A stretch of 64,000 nucleotides of DNA. Source: Phycisphaeraceae bacterium (lineage in GTDB: Bacteria; Planctomycetota; Phycisphaerae; Phycisphaerales; Phycisphaeraceae). The stretch lies in contig OY771506.1 of assembly GCA_963674705.1 (NCBI GenBank), positions 3,488,001-3,552,000 on the forward strand, read 5' to 3'. Shown here one piece after another: positions 28,288-38,639 of the stretch. Numbering within the stretch: the stretch's first letter is position 1; every line of letters begins with the position of its first letter. The notes beneath the pieces are model-generated. The model had not been told where the DNA came from. It made no database searches and worked only from the letters and a program-made list of their open reading frames with translations. Position numbers and translations under genes: made by a program.

Positions 28288-28380
28288 GGTTCTGGTATCA
28301 GCAGCTTCATCAAAAACTGGTGAGTTACACAATCGCTATCCGGAAGCGATCGCTGTTCATTTTATTTGGCGAGAGATTGC

Positions 28381-31300
28381 TTACGGCTTTGAATCCGGCG
28401 GGTAGATACGAATGGGGCCACGTATATCGCGTAGCATCTGGGCTGCGGATGAAGCGTAGCCTTCGTAGTCTTGCGGGGGGTGAATACCGGGGATATTGCT
28501 GACCTTTGTGTCAATGAGCAAACGATGTTGCTCGGTTTTTTCCGTAAAGCGGTGGGTGAAGTAAGGTGAATCTTGCGATTGCTCGGGGCGTGCTGCCTCG
28601 AAGCGCCAGCCGTCGGGGGGCGTGATCGATATACGGCTTTCCATGGTGAGGCCCTCTTCAAAGGTGAAGGGGGTGGTGCGTGTGGCCATGGCTACGGGCT
28701 CGAAGTAATAGCGTTCCCACAGAGCGGGGAGTCGACCGATCAAGTGGCCGTCGACAAGATCGAACATGCGATCGATCTGGTAGTTCATTTTTACGATGAG
28801 CGGATTATCGGCTTCATGCAGGTGCTCGATATCTAGCGAAGTTAAGCGTAATGGAGCGTATGACTGCAAGAGGGATTGCAAGTATCGCAGCCGTTCTTCC
28901 GGGCGATCCGGCTCGAAGTATTGCCGCATGTAACCGGCTTTCCAGCCCCGCATCGTGAGAGTTTGCTGGATATGCACATCACCGTCTGCTGTGACTTGTA
29001 AAACGCTGTCGGACTGGATGTGATTGTCAGCGGGTTTTGTTTCGTCTGTTTTGATCAGGCGTGGGTTGTCCGGATCAAGGACAAAGATCCACATGTTGGC
29101 TAGGCCTGGCGGGATGGTGCCGACCATTGGGCAGTATTTGCTGGTGCAGTCCAGGAATTGGCCGCCGTTGATATCGGGGACGTAGACCACCATGTGATTG
29201 AACTGATCGAGTGACGGTAATTCGGGCATCAGTTCGTTGTCGGTGTCTACCAGCGCCAGGTGCGCCTTGATGCCCGCGGCTGTCAGCAGTTGCCAGAGGA
29301 GCAGGGCGTGGTCTTTGCAGTCGCCATACTTGTTGGTAAGGGTTTGGTCAGTCGCATTTGGCATTCGTCCGCGCGAGCCGAACTCGATGGCCGTGTAGCT
29401 GATGTTGTCGCGGACGTATGCGGCGAGGCGGTCGGTTTTTTGTTCGTCATCCGTGGCGGTTTGGAAAGATTCGGAAACGAGCTTGGTGACATCCTCGGTG
29501 ATGGGAAGACGATCTTCGATCTTTTCCAGGTATTCACGACCGAGTTCGGGCCAACTGGCTGACGCGTCGTTGAGCGTGAGGGTTTCGATCCAACGGCTTA
29601 GCGGTGGTTGCAGGACTTCCCATACGTACAGCGGGGCATTATGAATGGCCCATGCTTTGGCTTCGGGGGTGTTCGTGATGTACTCGTAGGCTCCCGTGTC
29701 GTGATAACTGATCGTATCCACATCACCGCTGACGTAGAGCAGCCAGTATCGGCGGGGTTGAGTTGCGATCGCGTAGGAACGTTTGAAGGGGAAGCTGTCG
29801 TAGTCGGCCAGCGTTTCGGTGGTCACCTGGAAACTCAACTCACAACCCGCGACAAGACCCGGTACGGGGACAACGAGCTTCTTGTCATCGGTGCCCATCT
29901 CGTCCTGATGTGTGTCGACGGTGTAGTATGCTTCGAGGTCGCCTGTGGCGAGGAGCTTGCCGTCGGCATCTCGGACCTGCACGTTATTGACGTATAGTTT
30001 TTCCGCTTGCGCATCGAATTCGAACTCCAGCGTGCTGTAGCTTTCGATGCCTGCCCGGTTATTGATCTTGATGACGCGTTCGGTGGTTATCCGCAGGGGC
30101 TCGTTTTTCTCGTAGTGGTACCCGATGATGTAAGACAGGTCGTAGGTGTCCGCGTCCTGCGGTGGTTGCCAGTCGCGAGACTCCAGATCGGCGATCGCAT
30201 TCTTGACATCAGCCGGGGGTGTGACGGGATCGATCGGGCTGCGAACGAGCGTGTTGTCACCTTCGCCCAAAATACTCGAGACGTAGTCGAGGTACTCTTT
30301 GGTGCTGTCGTCTTTTTGTAATTCATAGGATTTGGCGAATGAACTTTTCGCGCGGCGGTACCAGCTTAAACCGAGCTCCGCTTCCCCCTTCAGGTAGTAG
30401 ACGCGGGCGGTGGTATAGCCTCTTTCGATAAGGTCCTCGATGACAGCGATCGCCTGGCGGTCCTGGTCGGCGTCGATGTGGATAGAAGCCAGTTCCATGT
30501 GCAGGGTTTCATCGAACGGGCCTTGCCCGGCGGCGTCATGGATAAGAGCGATGGCTTCGTCGTATTTTTCCTGATCGCAGAGCAGCCATGATCGCAGCAA
30601 TGTGAAGTGTTGATTCTCGTGTTTCGCTTCGTATTCTTCGAGAGCGGCTACGGCCTCATCGGTCCTGTCCAGTGCCCTGAAAGTCTGGATGTAATCCACG
30701 AAGTAGTCTTCGTCTTCGTAGTCTGTATCGAAGACTACTTTGTAAAGTTCGATGGCCTGCTCGTAGCGGTCTTCTATCTGGCCCAACTGAAAAGCGTAGT
30801 TGGCCTTGAAAGCGGGTTCGTCCTGATAGTCATCGAGATGCTGCTCGGTGAAAAGGCGTGCTTCTTCGGCACGGCCCTGATTTTCAAGCGCGTGGATGGT
30901 GTTTTCTGCGTATAGATAGTAAGACGGGTCGGTCTTCATCGCGGAACGGAAGGCGGCCTCCGCCAATTCGTATCGGCCGTCGTTGTAGGCACGCAGACCG
31001 ATCTCGTTCAACAGGTACGATTCGGCTTCAACAAGCCGCTGCATTGTTGCGCGGTCTTGTGTGGGTTCGGCGAATCGGAAACGATCCATCGCGTCGCGGA
31101 TTTTCGGTAGATACTTTTCATCATCGGATGTCACCCAGCCGACCAGCATGTACGCCCGGTATTGATTGCGAAGAACCCGGATGTGATAGATGTACTCGGT
31201 ATCCTCATTGACTCTTCTGGCATCGAGGGCGAAACCTTTTGTGCCGTCGGTTTCAATCGGTCCGGCGTCCGTGATTTCCTTGCTGGGGTAGTCAAAGCCG

Positions 31301-31989
31301 TAGGCGCTGGTTAAGACTGTGATCAGGTCGCGGTCGGTGGGGTTGATATCCTTTAGCGGGATCGTGATAACGGATATCGCGCCGTACTGGCCGTAGAACG
31401 CGGATGCGGAGGAGTTGGGATCGTCTTCGGCGACCGATTCCCACGTGTGCCAGGGGCCGCTGGGCAGATTGACCGAGACACCAATCTCCGGTGCGTCGAT
31501 ACGGCTGATCTTGTGAACGATCCCGGAATCCAGCTCTTGCAGCTTATTGACGGCTGCGGTCAAGGCTCCGCCTATGAATATCAGCAGCATCAGGCTTGAT
31601 AGCGAGATCCCCCAGATAGCTTGTCCACGGCCTTGGACCCAACGCCCTTTTTTAACGGCATACTGAATCAGTCCAACGATGCCCAGGATTAAGGAAGTCA
31701 GGAATAAACCACAGATCAGAAAAAGAAGTATTCCGATGATAACCTTTACCGAGAGGTTGTCGATATCTCTTAGTGCGTTGCAGACCGTCGACAGCAACCA
31801 GCCGATCAGAACGAACATCAGCGAGAGCACGCAAAGCGTGTTCGTTTCCTGGCGTCGCAAAATCATCACACATTTAATGATGCCTGCGAATATCAACAAC
31901 CCAAGCACGAGGGCGACGATATTGCTGAATAAAGCCCCTGAGTCGGCGGTCGCGGCGAGGGACCCGGAAGTACTGCCGGAGTAGAGCAT
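28381..31989 (-). CDS. Membrane-anchored TPR + DUF3857 + transglutaminase-like protein
   Basis: 4 N-terminal TMs, TPR-like helices, VPGLVAGCEL, GDCKDHA (Cys), FNHMVVYV (His), FLDCT (Asp). Confidence 0.85.
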   Translation of the reverse strand: MLYSGSTSGSLAATADSGALFSNIVALVLGLLIFAGIIKCVMILRRQETNTLCVLSLMFVLIGWLLSTVCNALRDIDNLSVKVIIGILLFLICGLFLTSLILGIVGLIQYAVKKGRWVQGRGQAIWGISLSSLMLLIFIGGALTAAVNKLQELDSGIVHKISRIDAPEIGVSVNLPSGPWHTWESVAEDDPNSSASAFYGQYGAISVITIPLKDINPTDRDLITVLTSAYGFDYPSKEITDAGPIETDGTKGFALDARRVNEDTEYIYHIRVLRNQYRAYMLVGWVTSDDEKYLPKIRDAMDRFRFAEPTQDRATMQRLVEAESYLLNEIGLRAYNDGRYELAEAAFRSAMKTDPSYYLYAENTIHALENQGRAEEARLFTEQHLDDYQDEPAFKANYAFQLGQIEDRYEQAIELYKVVFDTDYEDEDYFVDYIQTFRALDRTDEAVAALEEYEAKHENQHFTLLRSWLLCDQEKYDEAIALIHDAAGQGPFDETLHMELASIHIDADQDRQAIAVIEDLIERGYTTARVYYLKGEAELGLSWYRRAKSSFAKSYELQKDDSTKEYLDYVSSILGEGDNTLVRSPIDPVTPPADVKNAIADLESRDWQPPQDADTYDLSYIIGYHYEKNEPLRITTERVIKINNRAGIESYSTLEFEFDAQAEKLYVNNVQVRDADGKLLATGDLEAYYTVDTHQDEMGTDDKKLVVPVPGLVAGCELSFQVTTETLADYDSFPFKRSYAIATQPRRYWLLYVSGDVDTISYHDTGAYEYITNTPEAKAWAIHNAPLYVWEVLQPPLSRWIETLTLNDASASWPELGREYLEKIEDRLPITEDVTKLVSESFQTATDDEQKTDRLAAYVRDNISYTAIEFGSRGRMPNATDQTLTNKYGDCKDHALLLWQLLTAAGIKAHLALVDTDNELMPELPSLDQFNHMVVYVPDINGGQFLDCTSKYCPMVGTIPPGLANMWIFVLDPDNPRLIKTDETKPADNHIQSDSVLQVTADGDVHIQQTLTMRGWKAGYMRQYFEPDRPEERLRYLQSLLQSYAPLRLTSLDIEHLHEADNPLIVKMNYQIDRMFDLVDGHLIGRLPALWERYYFEPVAMATRTTPFTFEEGLTMESRISITPPDGWRFEAARPEQSQDSPYFTHRFTEKTEQHRLLIDTKVSNIPGIHPPQDYEGYASSAAQMLRDIRGPIRIYPPDSKP

Positions 31990-32105
31990 ATTTTTTCTGC
32001 CCAATAATTGAGAAACACTCGGAGCGATCCTCCGGTCATAACACCGGAGACGACAGGTCAAGTGTAACGGCCAGCGGCCAAGTATCCAAGCTGTTAAGCG
32101 GCAGA

Positions 32106-32678
32106 TCAGGCCTGAGAATTGTCGGCGTTGTAGAGGCTCATGGTTTTGCCGATGCCGTCTTTGAGCCAGGATTCGATGGCGTCACAGGCTTTATCGAGAG
32201 CGGGGTCGAGCTCGGCGAGTTGCTCTTCGGTGAATCGACCGAGCACGAAGTCCTTGCGTGAGGCGCGGGTGGGGGATTCGACGCCGATGCGCAGGCGTGG
32301 GTAATCTTGCGAACCGAGTTTAGCTTCGATGTCTTTGAGGCCGTTGTGTCCGCCAGGGCTGCCGGAGGCACGCATGCGGATCGAGCCAAGGGGCAGGGCC
32401 GCTTCGTCGACGACGACCATGATGTCTTTGAGTTCGAGTTTGTAGAAGTTGACTGCTTCGGCGACGGTGGTGCCGGAGCGGTTCATGTAGGTCATCGGCT
32501 GAGCGAGCAGGCAACGGTGTCCCGCGACCAGGCCGTCGAGCACGCCGGCGCTGAAGCGTGTTTTGACGCCCGTGATGCCGTGTCGATTAGCCAGGCGTTC
32601 CAACACCATGAACCCGGCGTTGTGGCGGGTCTTGGCGTATTCGGGCCCGGGATTGCCTAAGCCGACGATCAGGTGCAT
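32106..32678 (-). CDS. pth: Peptidyl-tRNA hydrolase
   Basis: LIVGLGNPG..Y..TRHNAGF, TYMNRSG, GGHNGLK, RLRIGV. Confidence 0.97.
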   Translation of the reverse strand: MHLIVGLGNPGPEYAKTRHNAGFMVLERLANRHGITGVKTRFSAGVLDGLVAGHRCLLAQPMTYMNRSGTTVAEAVNFYKLELKDIMVVVDEAALPLGSIRMRASGSPGGHNGLKDIEAKLGSQDYPRLRIGVESPTRASRKDFVLGRFTEEQLAELDPALDKACDAIESWLKDGIGKTMSLYNADNSQA

Positions 32679-32789
32679 GGTAATAACTGTCTGTTCGTAT
32701 CTGAGGGCTTGCTAAAGCAGACAATGGCAGATGGATTACCGGGTGGTATCCATCTGCCATCATCCAATAACTATTCATTATCCACTGAC

Positions 32790-33434
32790 TTACTCGTCGC
32801 CATTTTCGCCTTCGGGCTTGCCGATGACTTGCGGTTCGTCTGCACCGGCTTCGGCTTCGGCTTCCTCTTCTTCGGTGGCCTTGGTCACAGACAGGTGGGC
32901 GATCAGGGTATCGGGATCACTCACGGCGGTGACACCGGCGGGCAGCGTCAGGTCGGAGACCAGCAGCGAATCGCCGACGGTCATCTCGGACACATCGAGC
33001 GAGAGTTTCTCGGGGATCGCATCGGCGCGGCACTTGATCGCGATCGTGCTGGCGCTCTGGTCGAGCAGGGCGCCTGCTTCCTTGAGGCCGGCCGCCTCGC
33101 CGATCAGTTCGACCTCGACTTCGACTTCCACTTCTTCGCTCAGGTCGACGCGCGTCAGGTCCAGATGAATGATTTGGCGGCCGAGGTGGTCCCACTGCAC
33201 ATCTTTGACCAGGCAGGGTTCAGCTTTGCCTGCGATGTCGATCTCGATCAGGTGCGCGTTGTGATGCAGGATTTCGATCAGTTCCTTGGCGTCGACGGCG
33301 ACATGGACGGGGTCCTTCTTATGGCCGTAGATCACGCCGGGGATTTTGCCTTCGGCCCGAGCGCGAGCGGCGTAACGTTTGCCGGTCTTGTTGCGGACCT
33401 CTGCTTTGATGTTGGGTTGTGTTGCGGTGCTCAT
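32790..33434 (-). CDS. rplY: 50S ribosomal protein L25 / Ctc
   Basis: RAEGKIPGVIYG, KDVQWD..IIHLDL, acidic tail; typical prs-rplY-pth synteny. Confidence 0.95.
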   Translation of the reverse strand: MSTATQPNIKAEVRNKTGKRYAARARAEGKIPGVIYGHKKDPVHVAVDAKELIEILHHNAHLIEIDIAGKAEPCLVKDVQWDHLGRQIIHLDLTRVDLSEEVEVEVEVELIGEAAGLKEAGALLDQSASTIAIKCRADAIPEKLSLDVSEMTVGDSLLVSDLTLPAGVTAVSDPDTLIAHLSVTKATEEEEAEAEAGADEPQVIGKPEGENGDE

Positions 33435-33482
33435 AGGTTTTACTCTCCGTATTTAAAGCGTTCCGTTGTGTTTAAAAAAGGT

Positions 33483-34466
33483 TTATCTTTTTGTTCCGCC
33501 GCCTACCCGGAACAGGCACGAGACGGACTGATTGTGGTGGATGCGGCTGATGGCCTGTCCGAGCAGTTCGGCCACGGACAATTCGACGAGTTTGTCCTGG
33601 ATCGGGCTGCAGCGCGAGCCGCAGGGGATGGTGTCGGTGACGATGACCTGGCTGATCGGCGCTTCTTCCAGCCGTTCCATCGCCAGGCCGACCAGTACGG
33701 GGTGCGTACATGCTGCGATGACGTCGCGTGCGCCCTTGCTGGTGACGAGTTTTGCGGCTTCGCAGATCGTGCCGGCGGTGGAGATCATGTCGTCGACCAT
33801 CAGGACGGTCTTGCCGTTGACATCACCGATGATGTTGGCCGAGACGACTTCCGTACCGCTGACACGGCGCTTGTCGATGATGGCGATCTCGTCGCCCAGC
33901 GCGGTGGCGAACTGGCTGGCTGTCTTGACGTTGCCGACATCCGGGCTGACCAGGCACATGGGCCCGACCTTCTCGCGGAGCTTGCGTACGTAGTCGAGGA
34001 TGACCGGCGCGGCCGAAAGATGGTCCACGGGGATGTCGAAGAATCCCTGGATCTGTGCGGCGTGCAGGTCGAGCGTCAGCACACGGTCGGCGCCGGCGGC
34101 GGTAATGAGATTGGCCACCAGCTTTGCGGTGATCGGTGTGCGGCCGGCGTCCTTGCGATCCTGCCGGGCGTAGCCGAAGTAGGGGATGACCGCGGTGATC
34201 TGCCGGGCGCTGGCGCGTTTAAGGCAGTCGATGTAGATCAACAACTCCATCAGGTGGGCGTTGACCGGGTGGCAGGTGGACTGGACGATGAAGCAGTCCC
34301 TGCCGCGCACATCTTCCTCGATCTTGACCAGCACCTCGCCGTCCGGGAACAGTTCGGTGTGTCCCTGGCCCATCGGCAGATCGAGCGATCGACAAATGGA
34401 TTCGCAGAGCGTGCGGCTGGCTCGGCCGCAGAATATCTTCAGTTGGTCTTTGTCAACGTTGCTCAT
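33483..34466 (-). CDS. prs: Ribose-phosphate pyrophosphokinase
   Basis: FPDGE, PYFGYARQDRK, DLHAAQIQGFF, VDDMISTAGT. Confidence 0.97.
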   Translation of the reverse strand: MSNVDKDQLKIFCGRASRTLCESICRSLDLPMGQGHTELFPDGEVLVKIEEDVRGRDCFIVQSTCHPVNAHLMELLIYIDCLKRASARQITAVIPYFGYARQDRKDAGRTPITAKLVANLITAAGADRVLTLDLHAAQIQGFFDIPVDHLSAAPVILDYVRKLREKVGPMCLVSPDVGNVKTASQFATALGDEIAIIDKRRVSGTEVVSANIIGDVNGKTVLMVDDMISTAGTICEAAKLVTSKGARDVIAACTHPVLVGLAMERLEEAPISQVIVTDTIPCGSRCSPIQDKLVELSVAELLGQAISRIHHNQSVSCLFRVGGGTKR

Positions 34467-35287
34467 GCTGAGGGGGCTCCCAACGTTTCGCGTGACAGTC
34501 TGCGTCGGAGGATCTCGTCGACCTCCTTGAGTTGCTGCGGTGTGTTGATACTGAGCACATCTTCCGGCGGAACGGCCTCGACAACCTCTACACCCCGCCC
34601 CTGGTGTTTAAGGATCGTCGGCACGTCCGTGACGTAATACTCGCCTTGCTGGTTGTGCGGCTGCACCTGGTGTAAAGCTCCGAACAGCGCCGTGCTCTCG
34701 AAGCAGTAATAGCTGGGATTGACTTCTCTGATCTGAAGCTGCTCTTCGTTGGCGTCCTTCTGTTCGACGATCGCTTCCAATGCACCGTCGCTGGAGCGGA
34801 TGATCCGGCCGTAGCCTGTAGGGTCTTCGATCACGCTGGTGGCGAGGGTGGCAGCGGCCTTGCGCCGACGATGCACTTCCAGGAGCCTGCCGAGTGTGCG
34901 GGCACGGATCAATGGTCCGTCGCCTGCAAGGACGAACAGGTCCGTTGCGGGCTGGTCCTGGAACAGGTGTTCGGTGACCTGCACGGCGTGTGCGGTGCCT
35001 TTCGGTTCGGTCTGCTCGGCGAATTCGATGCCGTCAAAGCCGTCCATCGCTCGCTTGACGTCGTCGCCTTTGTAGCCCACGACGACGATGCAGCGGGAGA
35101 CGCCGGCTTCCTGGCAGGCCCGGATGACCCACCAGAGCATGGGCTGGTCGGCAACGGGGACCAGCACCTTGGGCAGGTCGGCCTCACCCATACGTGTTCC
35201 TTTACCGGCGGCCATGATGACGGCTTGGGGGGCCGGGCGTCCGCTGAGGTCGAAGTTGTTCGGGTTTTGAGTCACGTACTTCTCCAC
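34463..35287 (-). CDS. glmU: GlmU-like nucleotidyltransferase, N-terminal (uridyltransferase) domain only
   Basis: AAGKGTRM..PKVL, GTAHAV, GDGPLI, PTGYGRIIR, NQQGEYYVTD; ends without the hexapeptide acetyltransferase domain. Confidence 0.85.
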   Translation of the reverse strand: MEKYVTQNPNNFDLSGRPAPQAVIMAAGKGTRMGEADLPKVLVPVADQPMLWWVIRACQEAGVSRCIVVVGYKGDDVKRAMDGFDGIEFAEQTEPKGTAHAVQVTEHLFQDQPATDLFVLAGDGPLIRARTLGRLLEVHRRRKAAATLATSVIEDPTGYGRIIRSSDGALEAIVEQKDANEEQLQIREVNPSYYCFESTALFGALHQVQPHNQQGEYYVTDVPTILKHQGRGVEVVEAVPPEDVLSINTPQQLKEVDEILRRRLSRETLGAPSA

Positions 35288-35320
35288 CGGTCAGAACCGG
35301 GTTGGGGGCTGGCTGTGGAA

Positions 35321-35391
35321 CAGGCCCGCAAGGATTCGAACCTTGAATACCAGTACCAAAAACTGGGGTGTTACCATTACACTACGGGCCT
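35321..35391 (-). tRNA. tRNA-Gln (TTG)
   Basis: AGGCCCG acceptor stem pairs with CGGGCCT; anticodon arm CCAGT-TTTTGGT-ACTGG; GGTTCGAATCC T-arm; CCA not encoded; usual position upstream of glmU/prs. Confidence 0.95.
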
Positions 35392-35708
35392 AGCGGTCTG
35401 CGAAAAAAGCCGTATTTATTGGCTCTGAGACCCACAGGCGAGCCGTATCTGACGGCTGCTCGGAAGGGGTCCGGCCTTTATACGACGAACTCGAAGGGGC
35501 GTACCGCCGGTCGGTTACGATCAAACCCTTCTATTGTCCGTGCCTGGGCGGTTAGGCCTCGTCACGGTCGGCTCTGCCGTTAAAGTCAGCTGAAAGTGTA
35601 GGCCTAAGACCGAAGCTGTCAAATGAACGCCCATCATCAAGCATTTTGTAGGCCCGGGCCGGTGAGAATCGGCTACACTGAGCTCTACCCCTTCCGGAGA
35701 TTCGCCTC

Positions 35709-36932
35709 ATGGGTCTATTAACTCATATCTTCAAGCCGTCGCCTGATAAGTTCGTCCGGATGACGATCAGGCAGCTAAGGCGCGTCGGCATTACGGGTGA
35801 GATTCAGTACGACGCCGGTGCGTTTGCGCTGCGGTTTGAGAAGGACGGGGAACCCGCGTGGCTGAACCTGCAGAACATCTATGCCGAGATTTGTGCCGCC
35901 CCGGCTACCAAGCGGGGAGCGATGCTTGAGCTGTTTGTTCGCAGTTTCACAACAGGGCCATCGACCAAGCAGGCGACGCTTGATGAGATCAAGGGCCGAT
36001 TCCTGCCCCGCATCCGGCCGAACGCTTACTACGGACTGATGGATATCCAGACCAAGCTCCAGAAAATGGACCCCCTTAAGTATCTGGCATTGGATTTTGC
36101 TGAAGGGGTCAAAGCCGAACTGGTCATCGATTTTGACGACTCGATTCAAACGCTCGGCCAGGAACGGCTGGATGAGTGGGGGGTCGACTTTGAGACCTGC
36201 ATGACCTGGGCAAGGGAGAACCTCTGGCGGATCAGCAATGATGACTTTATTGAGATGACGCCGGGGCTGTACCGGTCTCCGTGGCAGGATAACCACGATA
36301 CCGCGCGCGTATTTCTGGAAGACCTGATCTGGCAACTCAAGGTGGAAGGCCGACACGTGGTGACGATGCCAAACCGTGACCTGTTGCTGGTCGGCGGGGA
36401 TGGTGATGCTCAAACGCTTTCGTTCATGCTGGACGCGACGCTCAAGGCTTACGAACAAGAACGCCCGATGGTCGCGGTGCCTTACGTGCTTGAAGGGCGT
36501 TCGTGGACCCCGTTGACACTGCCCGAGGATCACCCGGCCGCGATCACGCTCAAGAAACTGCACCTGACGCAACACGGCCGCGATTGCAATCAGCAGAAGG
36601 AAATGCTGGATCGGCTGTTTGAACAGCAGCAATCCGATCTGTTTGTCGGCACCTTGCTGACACAGGAAGACGAAACGACCGGTGCCTGGCGCAGTATGGC
36701 TGTCTGGGGCGAAGGTGTAGATATGCTGATGCCGGTCGTGGACGATCTCGCCTTTGTCCGCGAAGGCGCAAGCGGCGCCGATCTGCTCGGACTCGCCCCG
36801 TGGGATCGTGTTCTCGAAGTAGCTGGGGATTTGTTTGAAAAAACAGAATACGAACCGACACGCTACCGCCTTCGACACTGGCCAAGCGAATCGCAGCTAG
36901 CGGAGATCGGGCCGAAGAAGCCGGAGAAGTAG
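35709..36932 (+). CDS. Hypothetical protein, possibly DUF1444-like
   Basis: 407-aa ORF with host-like codon use; FLPRIR, ARENL, MPNRDLLLV resemble DUF1444-like proteins (tentative). Confidence 0.75.
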   Translation: MGLLTHIFKPSPDKFVRMTIRQLRRVGITGEIQYDAGAFALRFEKDGEPAWLNLQNIYAEICAAPATKRGAMLELFVRSFTTGPSTKQATLDEIKGRFLPRIRPNAYYGLMDIQTKLQKMDPLKYLALDFAEGVKAELVIDFDDSIQTLGQERLDEWGVDFETCMTWARENLWRISNDDFIEMTPGLYRSPWQDNHDTARVFLEDLIWQLKVEGRHVVTMPNRDLLLVGGDGDAQTLSFMLDATLKAYEQERPMVAVPYVLEGRSWTPLTLPEDHPAAITLKKLHLTQHGRDCNQQKEMLDRLFEQQQSDLFVGTLLTQEDETTGAWRSMAVWGEGVDMLMPVVDDLAFVREGASGADLLGLAPWDRVLEVAGDLFEKTEYEPTRYRLRHWPSESQLAEIGPKKPEK

Positions 36933-36937
36933 CAAAA

Positions 36938-37006
36938 GTAGGTCCGGGCCTGCCCGTACAATCAAGGGACCTTACGTTAACCATGTTCGGGCGGGCCCGG
37001 ACCTAC
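36938..37006. repeat. GTAG-type REP doublet, family C
   Basis: GTAGGTCCGGGCCTGCCCG ... CGGGCGGGCCCGGACCTAC between convergent genes. Confidence 0.8.
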
Positions 37007-37017
37007 GGGGCGAAGTT

Positions 37018-38010
37018 TTACCGGCTCATGTGCAGGATCTTCCCCGGGCTTTCGGGTTGGCCGGTGCGGATACTTAATAGGCAGGCGAGGCAGCAGGCCA
37101 TGGCGTTGGTGCGGGTCTGGGGGGTGGCGACGGGGCGAGCGAGGGCGGGGCTGTCGAGCAGGCGTCGCCACTGGTGGGCGAGCATGTCGGTGAAGCCGGC
37201 GGGGATATTGTCGGTCGTTGATTGATCGAGTGCTTCGCCGTCGGGATTGTGCAGTGAATAAGTTGTGTCGGTGACGCGCAGGGAAGCGCTGTCGCCTTGC
37301 ACGCGCAGGATGCGGCGGGTGATGGCGGCGTTGTCGCTGACCTGGAGCAAGGCGGCTTGCGAGTCGGGCATGCGAGCGTGGATGGCCATGCCACCGGTAA
37401 GTTTGTTGAGTGTTTCAGGTGCCTTTTCGAGCGGGCCGATAAGCGAGGCGTCGATCACCTCGGGCATGAGCGTGTAACCGAGGACGGTAAGCCATGCGTC
37501 GTAGAGGCGGGCATATAGGGAGCCGTGTTCGGGCCTGCCTTCACTGATGAAGTTGACGAGGCGTTTGTCGCCAAGCAGTTCGCTGGGATCGGCAGTCGCG
37601 AGGTAGCCGGGCGACTGGCTGAAGACAGGGACTTGGACGATGGGGCCGTTGGCTTCGCTACTGCCGAGCGAATCCGCGGCGTAGAGGCCCTGCAGATCGG
37701 TCGCGATGGGTTCGAGCGTGAGGACGACGGTGTTCTGGTCTGCCAGTACGTGCAGGTCTTCGGGGGTAACGCCCTGATGACTGGTTAAAAGCAGGTACGC
37801 AGCGGGGCGGTCGATGCACATCTTGCGCAGGTCGTCGAAGCTGTCACAGTTCAGGTTCCTGGCAAGATCGCTGACCTCGGCGACTGGTGGGCCGCCGACG
37901 CCGATGGGTTTGACGGCCGAGCCCATGAGGTTCATCACGTCTGCGACCAGCGGCGCGTGAAGTGCGTCGGTCCAGGTGTTGACTTCCGGTGCCAGGCGTT
38001 TGCTTGCCAT
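37018..38010 (-). CDS. Hypothetical protein (weak Gfo/Idh/MocA-like layout)
   Basis: Long ORF; 'FDDLRKM', 'LTLEP' and C-terminal 'LSIRTGQPESP' recall the oxidoreductase fold without a clear NAD motif. Confidence 0.7.
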   Translation of the reverse strand: MASKRLAPEVNTWTDALHAPLVADVMNLMGSAVKPIGVGGPPVAEVSDLARNLNCDSFDDLRKMCIDRPAAYLLLTSHQGVTPEDLHVLADQNTVVLTLEPIATDLQGLYAADSLGSSEANGPIVQVPVFSQSPGYLATADPSELLGDKRLVNFISEGRPEHGSLYARLYDAWLTVLGYTLMPEVIDASLIGPLEKAPETLNKLTGGMAIHARMPDSQAALLQVSDNAAITRRILRVQGDSASLRVTDTTYSLHNPDGEALDQSTTDNIPAGFTDMLAHQWRRLLDSPALARPVATPQTRTNAMACCLACLLSIRTGQPESPGKILHMSR

Positions 38011-38057
38011 GCGTAGAAGATACCAAGATAGTGCGATCGTGTTTGAGAGATTGAGCG

Positions 38058-38063
38058 TATAAT
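38058..38063 (+). promoter_or_regulatory. -10 box of the rnpB promoter
   Basis: Perfect TATAAT 6 nt before the predicted RNA 5' end. Confidence 0.6.
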
Positions 38064-38069
38064 TCACAC

Positions 38070-38579
<510 letters not shown>

Positions 38580-38580
38580 A

Positions 38581-38617
38581 ACAAAGCCCGCGGTTTAAAA
38601 GCCGTGGGCTTTGTTTC
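38581..38617. terminator. Bidirectional intrinsic terminator
   Basis: ACAAAGCCCGCGGT-TTAAAA-GCCGTGGGCTTTGTTT between rnpB and the convergent gene. Confidence 0.8.
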
Positions 38618-38639
38618 ATTTCAGATTGTGATTGATGCG

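Noticed and set aside
32673..34637. 654-aa plus-strand ORF
   Set aside because: Antisense shadow of rplY/prs/glmU, typical of GC-rich DNA; no recognisable motifs.
35392..35708. Hairpins upstream of tRNA-Gln as a second RNA gene
   Set aside because: No tRNA T-arm or known ncRNA signature; consistent with a leader or promoter region.
35775..36878. 367-aa minus-strand ORF
   Set aside because: Antisense to the better-supported 35709-36932 gene.
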